From: Chiloscyllium plagiosum
Lineage: Eukaryota
DNA length: 64,000 bases
Assembly (NCBI RefSeq): GCF_004010195.1
Contig: NC_057757.1
Span: 1,359,524 to 1,423,523 of the forward strand
Direction: 5' to 3'
Shown: positions 51,861 to 63,918 of the stretch, one piece after another
Layout: the number at the start of each line of letters is the position of its first letter
How positions within the stretch are numbered: the stretch's first letter is position 1
Notes under the pieces: model-generated
What the model was told of the DNA's origin: nothing
Databases searched by the model: none
Seen by the model: the letters and a program-made list of their open reading frames with translations, nothing else
Program-made: the position numbers and the translations under genes

Positions 51861-53145
51861 GTAAATAGCAGATATTGTGACCTATAGTTAGAACATATCC
51901 AGCTGGAATCATTCTTTGAGATATAGGTACACGATCACTTCACGTGCAATTTACTTTGCCCTACTTTGATTCGAGAGTATAACTGATTTATTGTAAACAG
52001 TTAAACTCCTAGAGGGAGGAGTTTCTTTGATATGGCCAATGTTTAATAGAGTGAGCAATGGGAGCTAATTAATGAACATCAAGATTACATGGAAAAAAAG
52101 GAGGAAAAGAGCTAGAATGGATACTCTCTCTTCTTGATGATGTTTAGGGGATGAAGATTAGCCCAGAACAATATCAGTGGACTACCTGCTTTTGGACGAA
52201 TAACACAGTTAGATCCAATTGTCCCACAAGATACTATGGAAGCAATCACAAAGTAATGTCACTTTGGAGAGTTGATATTGCAGCACTCTCTTTCCATTGC
52301 TGATCTCCAGCCTGGATCTGCTGGCAGTAACTCTGGAGTTGAGTTAATGAGCTTCTGACTGAGTTTTATGCACTCACCCCACAGCACAGAGAGAGTCCCA
52401 ATGTAATAAGCTGCCAATGTGTCTGTCCTGAACAGTGAGACAGATACCATTTTACTTCTAGAGAAAGTGCACGGGACATGTGCGTTTTAGTGTAAAGCAG
52501 TAAAGATTGCTACACAACGTCAGAGCATAGTGACAGCAGGAGGATGAGGCCATTCAGCTCATCTAGCCTGGTCCATCAAACATAGAATTGTGTCTTACCG
52601 TTCTTCAACGCTGGTTCCCTGGACTATTGCTGCAGCACTTTATGTTATTAATATATAGAAATATTCTGATCACAGTCTTGAACACACTCAGTGACTGAGC
52701 CTTCTGCACTCAGTTGCATTGTGTGCACTAAAGATTAATATGACTAAAAACATTTCTCCTTGTCTTTGTGCTGAGTTTGTATAGAATTATCCCTTGTCCT
52801 AGACCACACTCCAGTGGAATTATCTTTCCAATGTTGATTAATTGGAAAGTATGTATGTCAGAATGTGCAAATTGGGCTTTTCAGAATGATGACATGTGGC
52901 ACTGTGGTCCTCCTCAGCCAACCTAATATGCAGCCTGGATTTGTGCAAGCTCAGTCTGGGTCTGGGGTTTTAGTCTGGAGGAGTGTAGGAGATGCAGAAT
53001 GCCCTATCAATTTGTAACAAATGGAAATTGACATCAAACCATAGCACTGAACAGAACTTGATTCTGATATGGAAACAGGATGAAATGAATGAAGAAAATG
53101 TATATTCAGTATAAAACCTGACCCCATGAAAATTATCTTAAACAG

Positions 53146-53259
53146 AAACAAAGACAACAACTGAGGAATTGACAATGGAGTCTACTTCAATGGACACATC
53201 AGTGGTAACCATCAGCTCAAATCCTACCCTGACATCCACTGATATGTCAACACCAGGAG
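53146..53259 (+). CDS. Cassette exon 4: ETKTTTEELTMESTSMDTSVVTISSNPTLTSTDMSTPG
   Basis: 114 nt, CAG| ... G|GTAGAT (weaker donor), open. Confidence 0.72.
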
Positions 53260-54530
53260 GTAGATGGCAGACATTGTGACCTATAGTTAGAGCATATCCA
53301 ACTGTAATTATTCTCTGAGAGATTGGTACACGACCACTTCACCTGCAATTTGTCTTGCCCTAATTTTAATAGAGCATAACTGATTTATTGGAAACAATTA
53401 AACTTCCAGTGGGAGGAGTTTCTGAAGTATAGCCAATTTTAATAGAGCGAGTGATGGGACCCAATTTATGAACATCAAGATAACTTAGAAAACAAGGAGG
53501 AAAGAGCTAGACTGGATACTCTCTCTTCTTGATGATGTTTCAGGGATAAAGATTAGCACAGGATAGTATCAACAGTTCAACTGCTTTTGGACCAATAACA
53601 CAGTTAGATCCAATCCTCACACAAGAGACCATGGAAGCAATCACAAAGTAATGTCATTTTTGGAGAGTCGATATTCTAGGACTCCCTTTCCATTGCTGAC
53701 CTCCAGCCTAGATCTGCTGGCAGTAACTCTGGGGTTGATATGCTGCTGTTCTGACTGAGTATTATTTGCTCACCACAGAGTACAGAGAGATCCCCAATGT
53801 AATAAGCTGCCAATATACCTGTCCAGAACAGAGTGACAGTTATCATTTCATTTCTAAAGTAAGTACACTGAACATGTGTGTTTTGGCGTAAAGCAGTCAG
53901 GATTGCTACAGAACGTAGGAGCATAAGTGACAGCAGGAGGATGAGGCCATTCAGCAAGCAAAACTAAAATTGTGTCTTAAATTTCTTCATCGCTATTTCC
54001 CAGGAGTATTGATGCAGCACGTGATCTTATTAATATGTAGAAATATTTTGATCACATTCTTGAACGCACTGTGACTGAGCCTTCTGCACTCAACTGCATT
54101 GTGTGCACAAAAGATTCATCACCTTCTGACTAAAAACATTTCTCCTTGTCTTTGTCCTGAATTTGTTGAGAATGCTTCCTTGTCCTTGACCCCACTCCAG
54201 TGGAATTATCTTTCCAATGTTGATCCAGGGGAAAGTTTGAATGTTAGAATGTACAAATTGGGCTTTTCTGAAAGATGACATGTGGCACTGTGGTCCTCCC
54301 TTAGCCAACCTACTGTGTAGCCTAGATTTGTGCAAGCTCACTCTGGGTCTGGGTTTTCTGTCTGGAGGAGTGTAAAAGATGCATAATTCCCTTTCCATTT
54401 GTAACAAATGGAAATTGACATCAAACCATAGAACTGAACAGAATGTGATTCTGATGTGGAAACAGGATGAAATGGATGAAAAAAATGTATTCAGTATAAA
54501 ATCTGACACCATGAAAATTATCTTAAACAG

Positions 54531-54638
54531 AAACAAAGATAATAACTGAGACAATGGAGTCTACATCAGCAGACACAACAGTGACCACCATCGGCTCAAA
54601 TCCTACCCTGACATCCACTGATCTGTCAACATCAGGAA
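54531..54638 (+). CDS. Cassette exon 5: ETKIITETMESTSADTTVTTIGSNPTLTSTDLSTSG
   Basis: 108 nt (6-nt in-frame deletion), CAG| ... A|GTAAAT, open. Confidence 0.7.
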
Positions 54639-55911
54639 GTAAATGGCAGCCATTATGACCTATCGTTAGAAAAAGTTTTCTCTGCGAGATTGGTACACGA
54701 TCACTTCACCTGCAATTTGTCTCGCCCTGATTTTAATAGAGAGCAAAACTTCTTATATAAACAATTAAACTTCCAGAGGGAGGAGTTTCTGAGGTATCGC
54801 CAATGTTTAACAGAGCAAGCGATGGGAGCCAATTTATGAACATGATGATTACTCAGAAAACAAGGAGGGGAGAAATAGACTGGATACACTTTCTTATTGA
54901 TGATGTTTAGGGGATCAAAATCAACCCAGGACACTATCAATTCTCCAACTGCTTTTGGAGCAATAACACAGTTAGATCCAATCCTCCCACAAGAGACTTT
55001 GAAGCAATCACAAAATAATGTCACTTTGGAGAGTCAATATTGCAGCACTCCCTCTGCATTGCTGACCTTCAGCCTGGATCCTGGCAGTAACTCTGAAGTC
55101 GATTTGATGAGCTTCTGACTGAGTATTATGTACTCACCGTGGAGCACAGAGAGAGTCCCAATGTGATCAGCTTGCCAAGAAGCCTGTCCTGAAAGAGTTA
55201 CAGTTACCATTTCCTTTCCAGAAAAAGTGCACTGGATACGTGCGTTTTAGTGTAAAGCAGTCAGGATTGCGGCATGACCGTAAAAGCATAAGTAACAGCA
55301 GGAAGATGAGACCATTTAGCCCATCTAGTCTTTTCCATCAGCATTTAAATTGTTTCTTACATTTTTCAATGCTTGTTTCCTGGACTCTTGCTGCAAAACA
55401 TGATGTTATTAACCTATAGAAAGTTTTAATCATGCTCTTGAACACACTCAGTGACTGAGCCTTCTGCACTTAGTTGCATTGTGTGCACTAAAGACTCATC
55501 AATTTCTGACTAAAAATCATTTCTCCTCATCTTTGTCCTGAATTTGTCGAGAAAGTTCCATTCTCCTTGACCCCACCCCAGTGAAATTATCTTTCCAGTG
55601 TTGATCGAGTGGAAAGTATGAATGTTAGAATGTGGAAATTGGGCTTTTCTGAAAGATGACATGTGGCACTGTAGTCCTCCCTCAGCCATTTTACTGTGCA
55701 GCTTGGATTTGTGCAAGCTCCGTCTGGGTCTGGGGTTTCACTCTGAAGGAGTGTAAAAGATGCACAATTCCCTTTCCATTTGTAACAAATGGAAATTGAC
55801 ATTAAACCATAACATAGAACGGAATGTGATTCTGATGTGGAAACAGGATGAAATGGATGAAGAAAATGTATTCAGTATAAAATCTGACATCATGAAAATT
55901 ATCTTAAACAG

Positions 55912-56025
55912 AAACAAAAACAACAACTGTGGACATGACAATGGAATCAACATCAGTGGACACAACAGTGACAAACATTGTCTCAAATCCTACCCTGACA
56001 TCCACTGATCCGTCAACATCAGGAG
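55912..56025 (+). CDS. Cassette exon 6: ETKTTTVDMTMESTSVDTTVTNIVSNPTLTSTDPSTSG
   Basis: 114 nt, CAG| ... G|GTAAAT, open. Confidence 0.8.
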
Positions 56026-57224
56026 GTAAATGGCAGACATTGTGACCTTTAGTTAGAGCATATCCAACTATAACCCTTCTCTGAGAGATTGGTTAATGAT
56101 CACTTCACCTGCAATTTGCCTTGCCATAATTTTAATAGAGAGCATGACTGATTTATTGTATACAATTAAACTTCTACAGGGAGGAGTCTCTGAGTATAGT
56201 CAATTTTTAATAGAGTAAGCAATGGGAGCCAATTTATGAACATCAAGATTAGTTATAAAACAAGGAGGAAAGAGCTAGAATGGATACTCTCTCTTCTTGA
56301 TGGTGTTTTAGAGATAATGTTTAGCACAGGATATTATCAATGGTTCAACTGCTTTTGGACCAATAACACAGTTAGATCTAATCTTCCCACAAAAGACTAT
56401 GGAAGCAATCACAAAATAATGTCACTTTGGAGTGTCGATATTGCAGCATTCCCTCTGCACAGCTGACCTCCAGCCTGGATCAGCTGGCAGTAACTCTGGC
56501 GCTGAGTTAATGAGCTTCTGACTGAGTTTTATGCGCTATCCTCACAGCACAGAGAGAGTCCTAATGTAATATGCTTGCCAATGAGCCTGTCCTGAACAGT
56601 GAGACAGATAGCAATTTATTTCCAGAGGAAGTGCATCGGACATGTGCATTTTAGCATAAAGCAGTCAGGATTGCTACAAAACAGAACTGCATAAGTGACA
56701 GCAGGAGGATGAGGCTATTCAGCCAATCAATCATATTCTAGCAAAAATACAACTGTGTCTTAAATTCTTCATCGTTATTTCCCAGGAGTATTGATGCAGG
56801 ACCTGACTGAGCCTTCTGCACTCAGTTGCATTGTGTGCACAAAAGATTCATCATCTTCTGATTAAAAACATTTCTCCTTGTCTTTATTCTGAATTTTTGA
56901 TAATGTTCCCTTGTCCTTAACCCTTCTCCAGTGGAATTATCTTTCCAGTGTTGATCTATTTGAAAGTATGACATGCGGCACTGTAGTCCTCCCTCAGCCG
57001 AACTACCATGCATCTTGGATTTGTGCAAGCTCAGTCTGGGTCTGGGGTTTTCTGTCTGTAGGAATGTAAAAGATGCACAAGTCCCTTTCTATTTGTAACA
57101 AATGGAAATTGACATCAAACCATAACATAGAACAGAATGTGATTCTGATGTGGAAACAGGATGAAATGGATGAAGAAAATGTATTCAGTATCAAACCCGA
57201 CATCATGAAAATTATCTTAAACAG

Positions 57225-57338
57225 ACACAAAGACAACAACTGAGGAATTGACAATGGAGTCAACTTCAGTGGACACAACAGTGACAACCATTGGCTCAAA
57301 TCCTACCCTGACATCCACTGACCCATCAACATCAGGAG
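57225..57338 (+). CDS. Cassette exon 7: DTKTTTEELTMESTSVDTTVTTIGSNPTLTSTDPSTSG
   Basis: 114 nt, CAG| ... G|GTAAAT, open; 20 of 38 residues are Ser/Thr. Confidence 0.8.
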
Positions 57339-57734
57339 GTAAATGGCAGTCATTGTGACCTGTCGTTAGAACATATCCAACTGTAATTATTGTCTGAGAG
57401 ATTGGTCATGATCACTTCATTTGCAATTTTTCTTGCCTGAATTTTAACAGAGCATAAGTAATTTATTGCAAACAATTAAATCTCCAACAGAACGAGTTTC
57501 AGAAGTATAGCCAATGTTTAATACAATGAGCGATGGGAGCCACTGTATGAACATCAAGATTTTGTGGAAAACAAGGGGAAATAGCGAGAATAGATACTCT
57601 CTCTTCTTGATGATATTTCCGGGATGAAGATTAGCACAAAATACAATCAATGGTTTAACTGCTTTTGGGCCAATAACACAGTTAGGTGCAATCCTTCCAC
57701 AAGAGACTATGGATGCAATCACAAAGTAATGTCA

Positions 57735-57851
57735 TGATTTGTTGATGCAGGTGTTGGACTGGGGTGTACAAAGATAAAAATCACACAACACCAGGTTATA
57801 GTCTATATTGTCCAGGTTATAGGACTATAACCTGGTGTTGTGTGATTTTTA
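57735..57851. mobile_element. 117-bp hairpin insertion with 14-bp TSD
   Basis: TSD ACAAAGTAATGTCA at 57721-57734 and 57852-57865; 29-bp inverted arms 57775-57803 and 57823-57851. Confidence 0.85.
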
Positions 57852-58659
57852 ACAAAGTAATGTCACTTTGGAGAGTCGATATTGCAGCACTCCCTCTGCA
57901 CTGGGCCCCTTCAGCCTGGATCTGCTGACAGTAACTCTGGGGTTGTGTTCATGAGCTTCTGACTGAGTTTTGTGCGCTCACCTCACAGCACAGGGAGAGT
58001 CCCAGTGTAATAAGCTTGCCAATGAGCCTTTCCTGAACATTGAGATAGATACCATTTTACTTCCAGACCAAGTATACTGGAGATGTGCGTTTTAGTGTAA
58101 AGCAGTCAGGATTGCTACATGACCGTAAGAGCATAAGTGACAGTAAGAGGATGAGGCCTTCAGCCCATTTAGCCTCTTCCAGCAGAATTAAAATTGTGCC
58201 TTACCTTTTTTCAATGCTCGTTCCCTGGACTCTTGCTGCAGCAATTGATGCGATTAACATATAGAAATATTTTGATCATATTCTTGAACACACTCAGTGA
58301 CTGAGCCTTCTGCACTCAGTTGCATTGTGCGCACTAAAGACTCATCATTTTCAGACTAAAATACATTTCTCCTTGTTGTTGTCCTGAATTTATCGAGAAC
58401 GTGCTGTTCTCCTCGACCTCACTCCAGTGGAATTATCTTTCCAGTGTTGATCCAGTGGAAAGTATGAAAGAATGTTAGACCCGGTCTAGGTCAGAGGAGT
58501 GTAGGAGATGCACAACTTCCTTTCCATTTGTAACAAATGGAAATTGACATCAAACCGTAACATTGAACAGAATGTCATTCTGATGTGGAAACAGGATGAA
58601 ATGATTGAAAACAGTGCATTCAGTATCAAATCTTACACCATGAAATTTATCTTAAACAG

Positions 58660-58758
58660 AAACAAAGACAACTGAGACAATGGAGTCTACATCAGTGGAC
58701 ACAACAGTGACAACCATTGGCTCAAATCCTACCCTGACACCCACTGATCCGTCAGGAG
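58660..58758 (+). CDS. Cassette exon 8: ETKTTETMESTSVDTTVTTIGSNPTLTPTDPSG
   Basis: 99 nt; three separate deletions (3+6+6 nt), all in frame; CAG| ... G|GTAAAT. Confidence 0.78.
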
Positions 58759-59492
58759 GTAAATGACAGACATTGTGACTTATCGTTAGAACATATCCAA
58801 TTGTAATTTGTCTCTGAGAGACTGGTACACGACCACTTCACCTGCAATTTGCCTTGCACTAATTTTAATTCAGTGCATGACAAATTTATTGTAAACAATT
58901 CAATGTCCAGTGGGACGAGTTTCTGAAGTATAGCCAATGTTTAACAAAGCAAGTGATGTGAGCCAATTTATGAACATCAAGATTACTTAGAAAACAAGGG
59001 AGAAATATGTGGAATTGATACTGTCTCTTCTTGATGGTATTTTGGAGATGAAGATTAGCCAAGGATACAATCAATGGTTCAACAGCTTCTGAAGCAATAA
59101 CACAGTTAGATCCAATTCTCCAACAAGTGACTATGGAAGCAATCACAAAGTAATGTCACTTTGGAGTGTCGATATTGCAGCACTCCCTCTGCAGTGCTGA
59201 CCTCCAGCCTGGATCTGCTGGCAGTAACTCTGGGGTTGAGGTAATGAGCTTCTGACTGTGTTTTATGCACTCACCCCACAGCACAGAGATAGTCCCAATG
59301 TAATAAGCTGCCAATGTGCCTGTCCTGAACAGTGAGACAGATACCATTTTACTTCCAGAGAAAGTGCAGCCTGGATTACTGCAAACTCAATCTGGGTTTG
59401 GGGTTTCTGTCTGAAAGAGTGTAAAAGATGCACAAGTCCCTTTCCATTTGTAACAGTATAAAATCTGACACCATGAAAATTATCTTGAACAG

Positions 59493-59606
59493 AAACAAAG
59501 ACAACAACTGAGGACTCGACAATGGAGTCTACTTCAGTGGACACAACAGTGGTAACCATCAGCTCAAAACCTACCCTGACATCCACTGATCTATCAACAT
59601 CAGGAG
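59493..59606 (+). CDS. Cassette exon 9: ETKTTTEDSTMESTSVDTTVVTISSKPTLTSTDLSTSG
   Basis: 114 nt, CAG| ... G|GTAAGT (consensus donor), open. Confidence 0.82.
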
Positions 59607-61609
59607 GTAAGTGGCAGACATTGTGACCTATCATGAGAACATATCCAACTTTAATTATTCTGTCCAACTGTGCACGATCACTTCACATGCAATTTGTCTT
59701 CCCCTACTTTTAAAAGAGAGCATAACTGATTTACTGTTAAAAATTAAACTTCCAGATGTATGAATTTCCAAAGAAAAGCCAATGTTTAATAGAGAGAGCG
59801 ATGGGAGCTAATTTATGAACATCAAGATAACTTAGAAACCAAGGAGGCAATAGCTAGAATGGATACTCTCTGTGCTTGATGATGTTTAGGGGAATGAAGA
59901 TCAGCCTAGAATACTATCAATGCTCCACTGCTTTAAGAGCAATAACATGTTTAGATCGAATCCTCCCACAAGAGACTACGGAAGCAATCACAAAGTAATG
60001 TCACTTTGGAGAGTCAATATTGTAGCACTACCACTGCATTGCTGTCCTCCAACATGGATCTGCTGGAAGTAACTCTGGGGTTGATTTGATGAGTTTCTGC
60101 CTGAGATTTTTGCGCTCACCATGGAGCACAGAGAGAGTCCCAATATAATAAGCTGCTGAAGTGCCTGTCCTGAGCAGGGTGACAGTTACCATTTTATTCC
60201 CAGACAAAATGCACCGGACACGTGTGTTTTAGTGTGAAGTAGTTCGGATTGCTCAAGAACGTAAGGGCATAAGTGACAGCAGGAGGTTGAGGCCATTCAG
60301 CTCATCCAGCCTGTTGTATCAAAAATGAAATTGTGCCTTCCCTTTTTTTCAAGGCTAGTTCCCTGGACTCTTGCTGCAACACTTGATGTTATTAACATAT
60401 AGAAATATTTTGATCAAATTCTTGAACACACTCAGTTACTGAGCCTTCTGCACTCAGTTGCATTGTGTGCACTGAAGACTTTTCGTTTTCATACCAAAAA
60501 AAATTTCTCCGCCTCTTTGCCGTGAATTTGTACAGAATGGTCCCTTGTCCTTCACTCCAGTGGAATTATCTTTCCAGTGTTGATCGAGTGGAAAGTATAT
60601 CTGTCAGAATGTACGAATTGGGCTTTTCTGAAAGATGATGTGGCAATGTTGTCCTCCCTTAGCCAACCTACCGTGCAGCCTGGATTTGTGGCAAGCTCAG
60701 TGTGGGTCTGGGGTTTCCGTCTGGAGGAGTGTAAGAGATGTTCAATTCCCTTTCCGTTTGTAACAAACTTCAATATCGGGAGGTGAATGGCAGACATTGT
60801 GACCTATCGTTAGAACATATCGAACGTATATCCAACTTTTAGCTAGAATGGATACTCTCTCTTATTGATGAAGTAGCATAGCACAGGATACAATCAATGG
60901 TTCAACTGCTTTTAGGACAATAACACAGTTAGATGCAATCCTCCCCGACATCCACTGATATGTCAACATCAGAAGGTAGATGGCAGACGTTGTGACCTAT
61001 AGTTAGAACATATCCAACTGTAATTTTTCTCTGAGAGATTGGTTAATGATCACTTTATATGCAATTTGTCTTGCCCTACTTTTAATATTAGGAGGTAGGT
61101 GGCAGACATTGTGACCTATCATGAGAACATATCCAACTTTAATTATTCTGTACAACTGTACACGATCACTTCACCTGCAATTTGTCTTGCCCTACTTTTA
61201 ATAGAGAGCATAACTGATTTAATGGAAACAATGAAACTTCCACAGGGAGGAGTTTCTAAGGTATCGCCAGTGTTAAACAGAGCAAGCGATGGGAGCCAAT
61301 TTATGAACATCATGTTTTCTTGGAAAACAAGGAAGAATGAGAGAGAATAGATCCACTTTCTTCTTGATGATGTTTAGGGGATGAATATCAGCCCAGGACA
61401 CCATCAACGGTTCAATTGCTTTTGGGCCAATAATACAGTTAGATTCAATCCTCCCACAAGAGACCATGGATGGAATCACAAAGTAATATCACTTTGGAGA
61501 GTCGATATTGCAGCACTCCATCTGCACTGGGCCCCTTCAGCCTGGACCTGCTGACAGTAACCCTGGGGTTGGGTTCATGAGCTTCTGACTGAGTTTTGTG
61601 CGCTCACCT

Positions 61610-62109
61610 NNNNNNNNNNNNNNNNNNNNNNNNNNNNNNNNNNNNNNNNNNNNNNNNNNNNNNNNNNNNNNNNNNNNNNNNNNNNNNNNNNNNNNNNNNN
61701 NNNNNNNNNNNNNNNNNNNNNNNNNNNNNNNNNNNNNNNNNNNNNNNNNNNNNNNNNNNNNNNNNNNNNNNNNNNNNNNNNNNNNNNNNNNNNNNNNNNN
61801 NNNNNNNNNNNNNNNNNNNNNNNNNNNNNNNNNNNNNNNNNNNNNNNNNNNNNNNNNNNNNNNNNNNNNNNNNNNNNNNNNNNNNNNNNNNNNNNNNNNN
61901 NNNNNNNNNNNNNNNNNNNNNNNNNNNNNNNNNNNNNNNNNNNNNNNNNNNNNNNNNNNNNNNNNNNNNNNNNNNNNNNNNNNNNNNNNNNNNNNNNNNN
62001 NNNNNNNNNNNNNNNNNNNNNNNNNNNNNNNNNNNNNNNNNNNNNNNNNNNNNNNNNNNNNNNNNNNNNNNNNNNNNNNNNNNNNNNNNNNNNNNNNNNN
62101 NNNNNNNNN
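61610..62109. other. Assembly gap (500 N)
   Basis: Run of exactly 500 N inside the tandem array. Confidence 1.
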
Positions 62110-62522
62110 TGCTGTGCTGTTCCAGCAATCAAGTTTCAACTCCAATTCTCCAACAGGTGACTATGGAAGCAATCACAAAGTAATGTCACTTTGGAGTGTC
62201 AATATTGCAGCACTCCCTCTGCAGTGCTGACCTCCAGCCTGGATCAGCTGGCAATAACTCTGGGGTTGAGTTAATGAGCTTCTGAATGAGTTTTATGCGC
62301 TCACCCCACAGCACAGAGATCATCCCAATGTAATCATCTGCCAATGTGCCAGTCCTGAACAGTGAGACAGATACCATTTTACTTCCAGAGAAAGTGCAGC
62401 CTGGGTTAATGCAAACTCAGTCTGGGTTTTGGGTTTCTGTCTGAAGGAGTGTAAAAGATGCACAAGTCCCTTTCCATTTGTTACAGTATAAAATCTGACA
62501 CCATGAAAATTATCTTAAACAG

Positions 62523-62636
62523 AAACAAAGACAACAACTGAAGACTCGACAATGGAGTCTACTTCAGTGGACACAACAGTGGGAACCATCAGCTCAAAAC
62601 CTACCCTGACATCCACTGATCTATCAACATCAGGAG
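62523..62636 (+). CDS. Cassette exon 10: ETKTTTEDSTMESTSVDTTVGTISSKPTLTSTDLSTSG
   Basis: 114 nt, CAG| ... G|GTAAGT, open. Confidence 0.82.
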
Positions 62637-63918
62637 GTAAGTGGCAGACATTGTGACCTATCATGAGAACATATCCAACTTTAATTATTCTGTACAACTG
62701 TACACGATCACTTCACCTGAAATTTGTCTTGCCCTACTTTTAATAGAGAGCATAACTTATTTACTGTAAAAAATTAAACTTCCAGAGATAATAATTTCTA
62801 AAGAAAAGCCAATGTTTAATAGAGCGAGCGATGGGAGCTAATTTATGAACATCAAGATAACTTTGAGACCAAGGAGGCAATAGCTAGAGTGGATACTCTC
62901 TGTGCTTGATGATGTTTGGGGGAATGAAGATCAGCCCAGAATACTATCAATGCTCCACTGCTTTAAGAGCAATAACACATTTACATCCAAACCTCCCACA
63001 AGAGACCAGGGAAGCAATCACAAAGTAATGTCACTTTGGAGAGTCAATATTGTAGCACTACCTCTGCATTGCTGTCCTCCAACCTGGATCTGCTGGAAGT
63101 AACTCTGGGGTTGATTTGATGAGTTTCTGCCTGAGATTTTTGCGCTCACCATGGAGCTCAGAGAGAGTCCCAATATAATAAGCTGCTAAAGTGCCTGTCC
63201 TGAACAGGGTGACAGTTACCATTTTATTCCGAGACAAAGTGCACCGGACACGTGTGTTTTAGTGTGAAGTAGTTCGGATTGCTCCAGAACATAAGGGCAT
63301 AAGTGACAGCAGGAGGATCAGGCCATTCAGCTCATCTAGCCTGTTGTATCAAAAATGAAATTGTGCCTTCCCTTTTTTTTAAGGCTAGTTCCCTGGACTC
63401 TTGCTGCAACACTTGATGTTATTAACATATAGAAATATTTTGATCAAATTCTTGAACACACTCAGTTACTGAGCCTTCTGCACTCAGTTGCATTGTGCCC
63501 ACTGAGGACTCTTCGTTTTCATAGCAAAAAAACATTTCTCCGCCTCTTTGCCGTGAATTTGTACAGAATGGTCCCTTGTCCTTCACTCCAGTGGAATTAT
63601 CTTTCCAGTGTTGATCGAGTGGAAAGTATATCTGTCAGAATGTACGAATTGGGCTTTTCTGAAAGATGACGTGGCAATGTTGTCCTCCCTTAGCCAACCT
63701 ACCGTGCAGCCTGGATTTGGGCAAGCTCAGTCTGGGTCTGGGGTTTCCGTCTGGAGGAGTGTAAGAGATGTTCAATTCCCTTTCCGTTTGTAACAAATGG
63801 AAATTGACATCAAACCATAGCATTGAACAGAATGTCATTCTGATGTGGAAACAGGATGAAATGAATGAAAAAATGTATTCAGTATAAAACCTGACACCAT
63901 GAAATTTATCTTAAACAG

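Noticed and set aside
61537..62230. Long ORFs of X residues
   Set aside because: Artefacts of the 500-N gap.
47888..62697. Recurrent minus-strand ORFs (..VTTVVSTEVDSIVESSVVVFVSV; ..LLSLFLFKIIFMVSD..)
   Set aside because: Antisense shadows of the Thr-rich + strand exon and its intron; the splice signals and frame-preserving indels fit the + strand.
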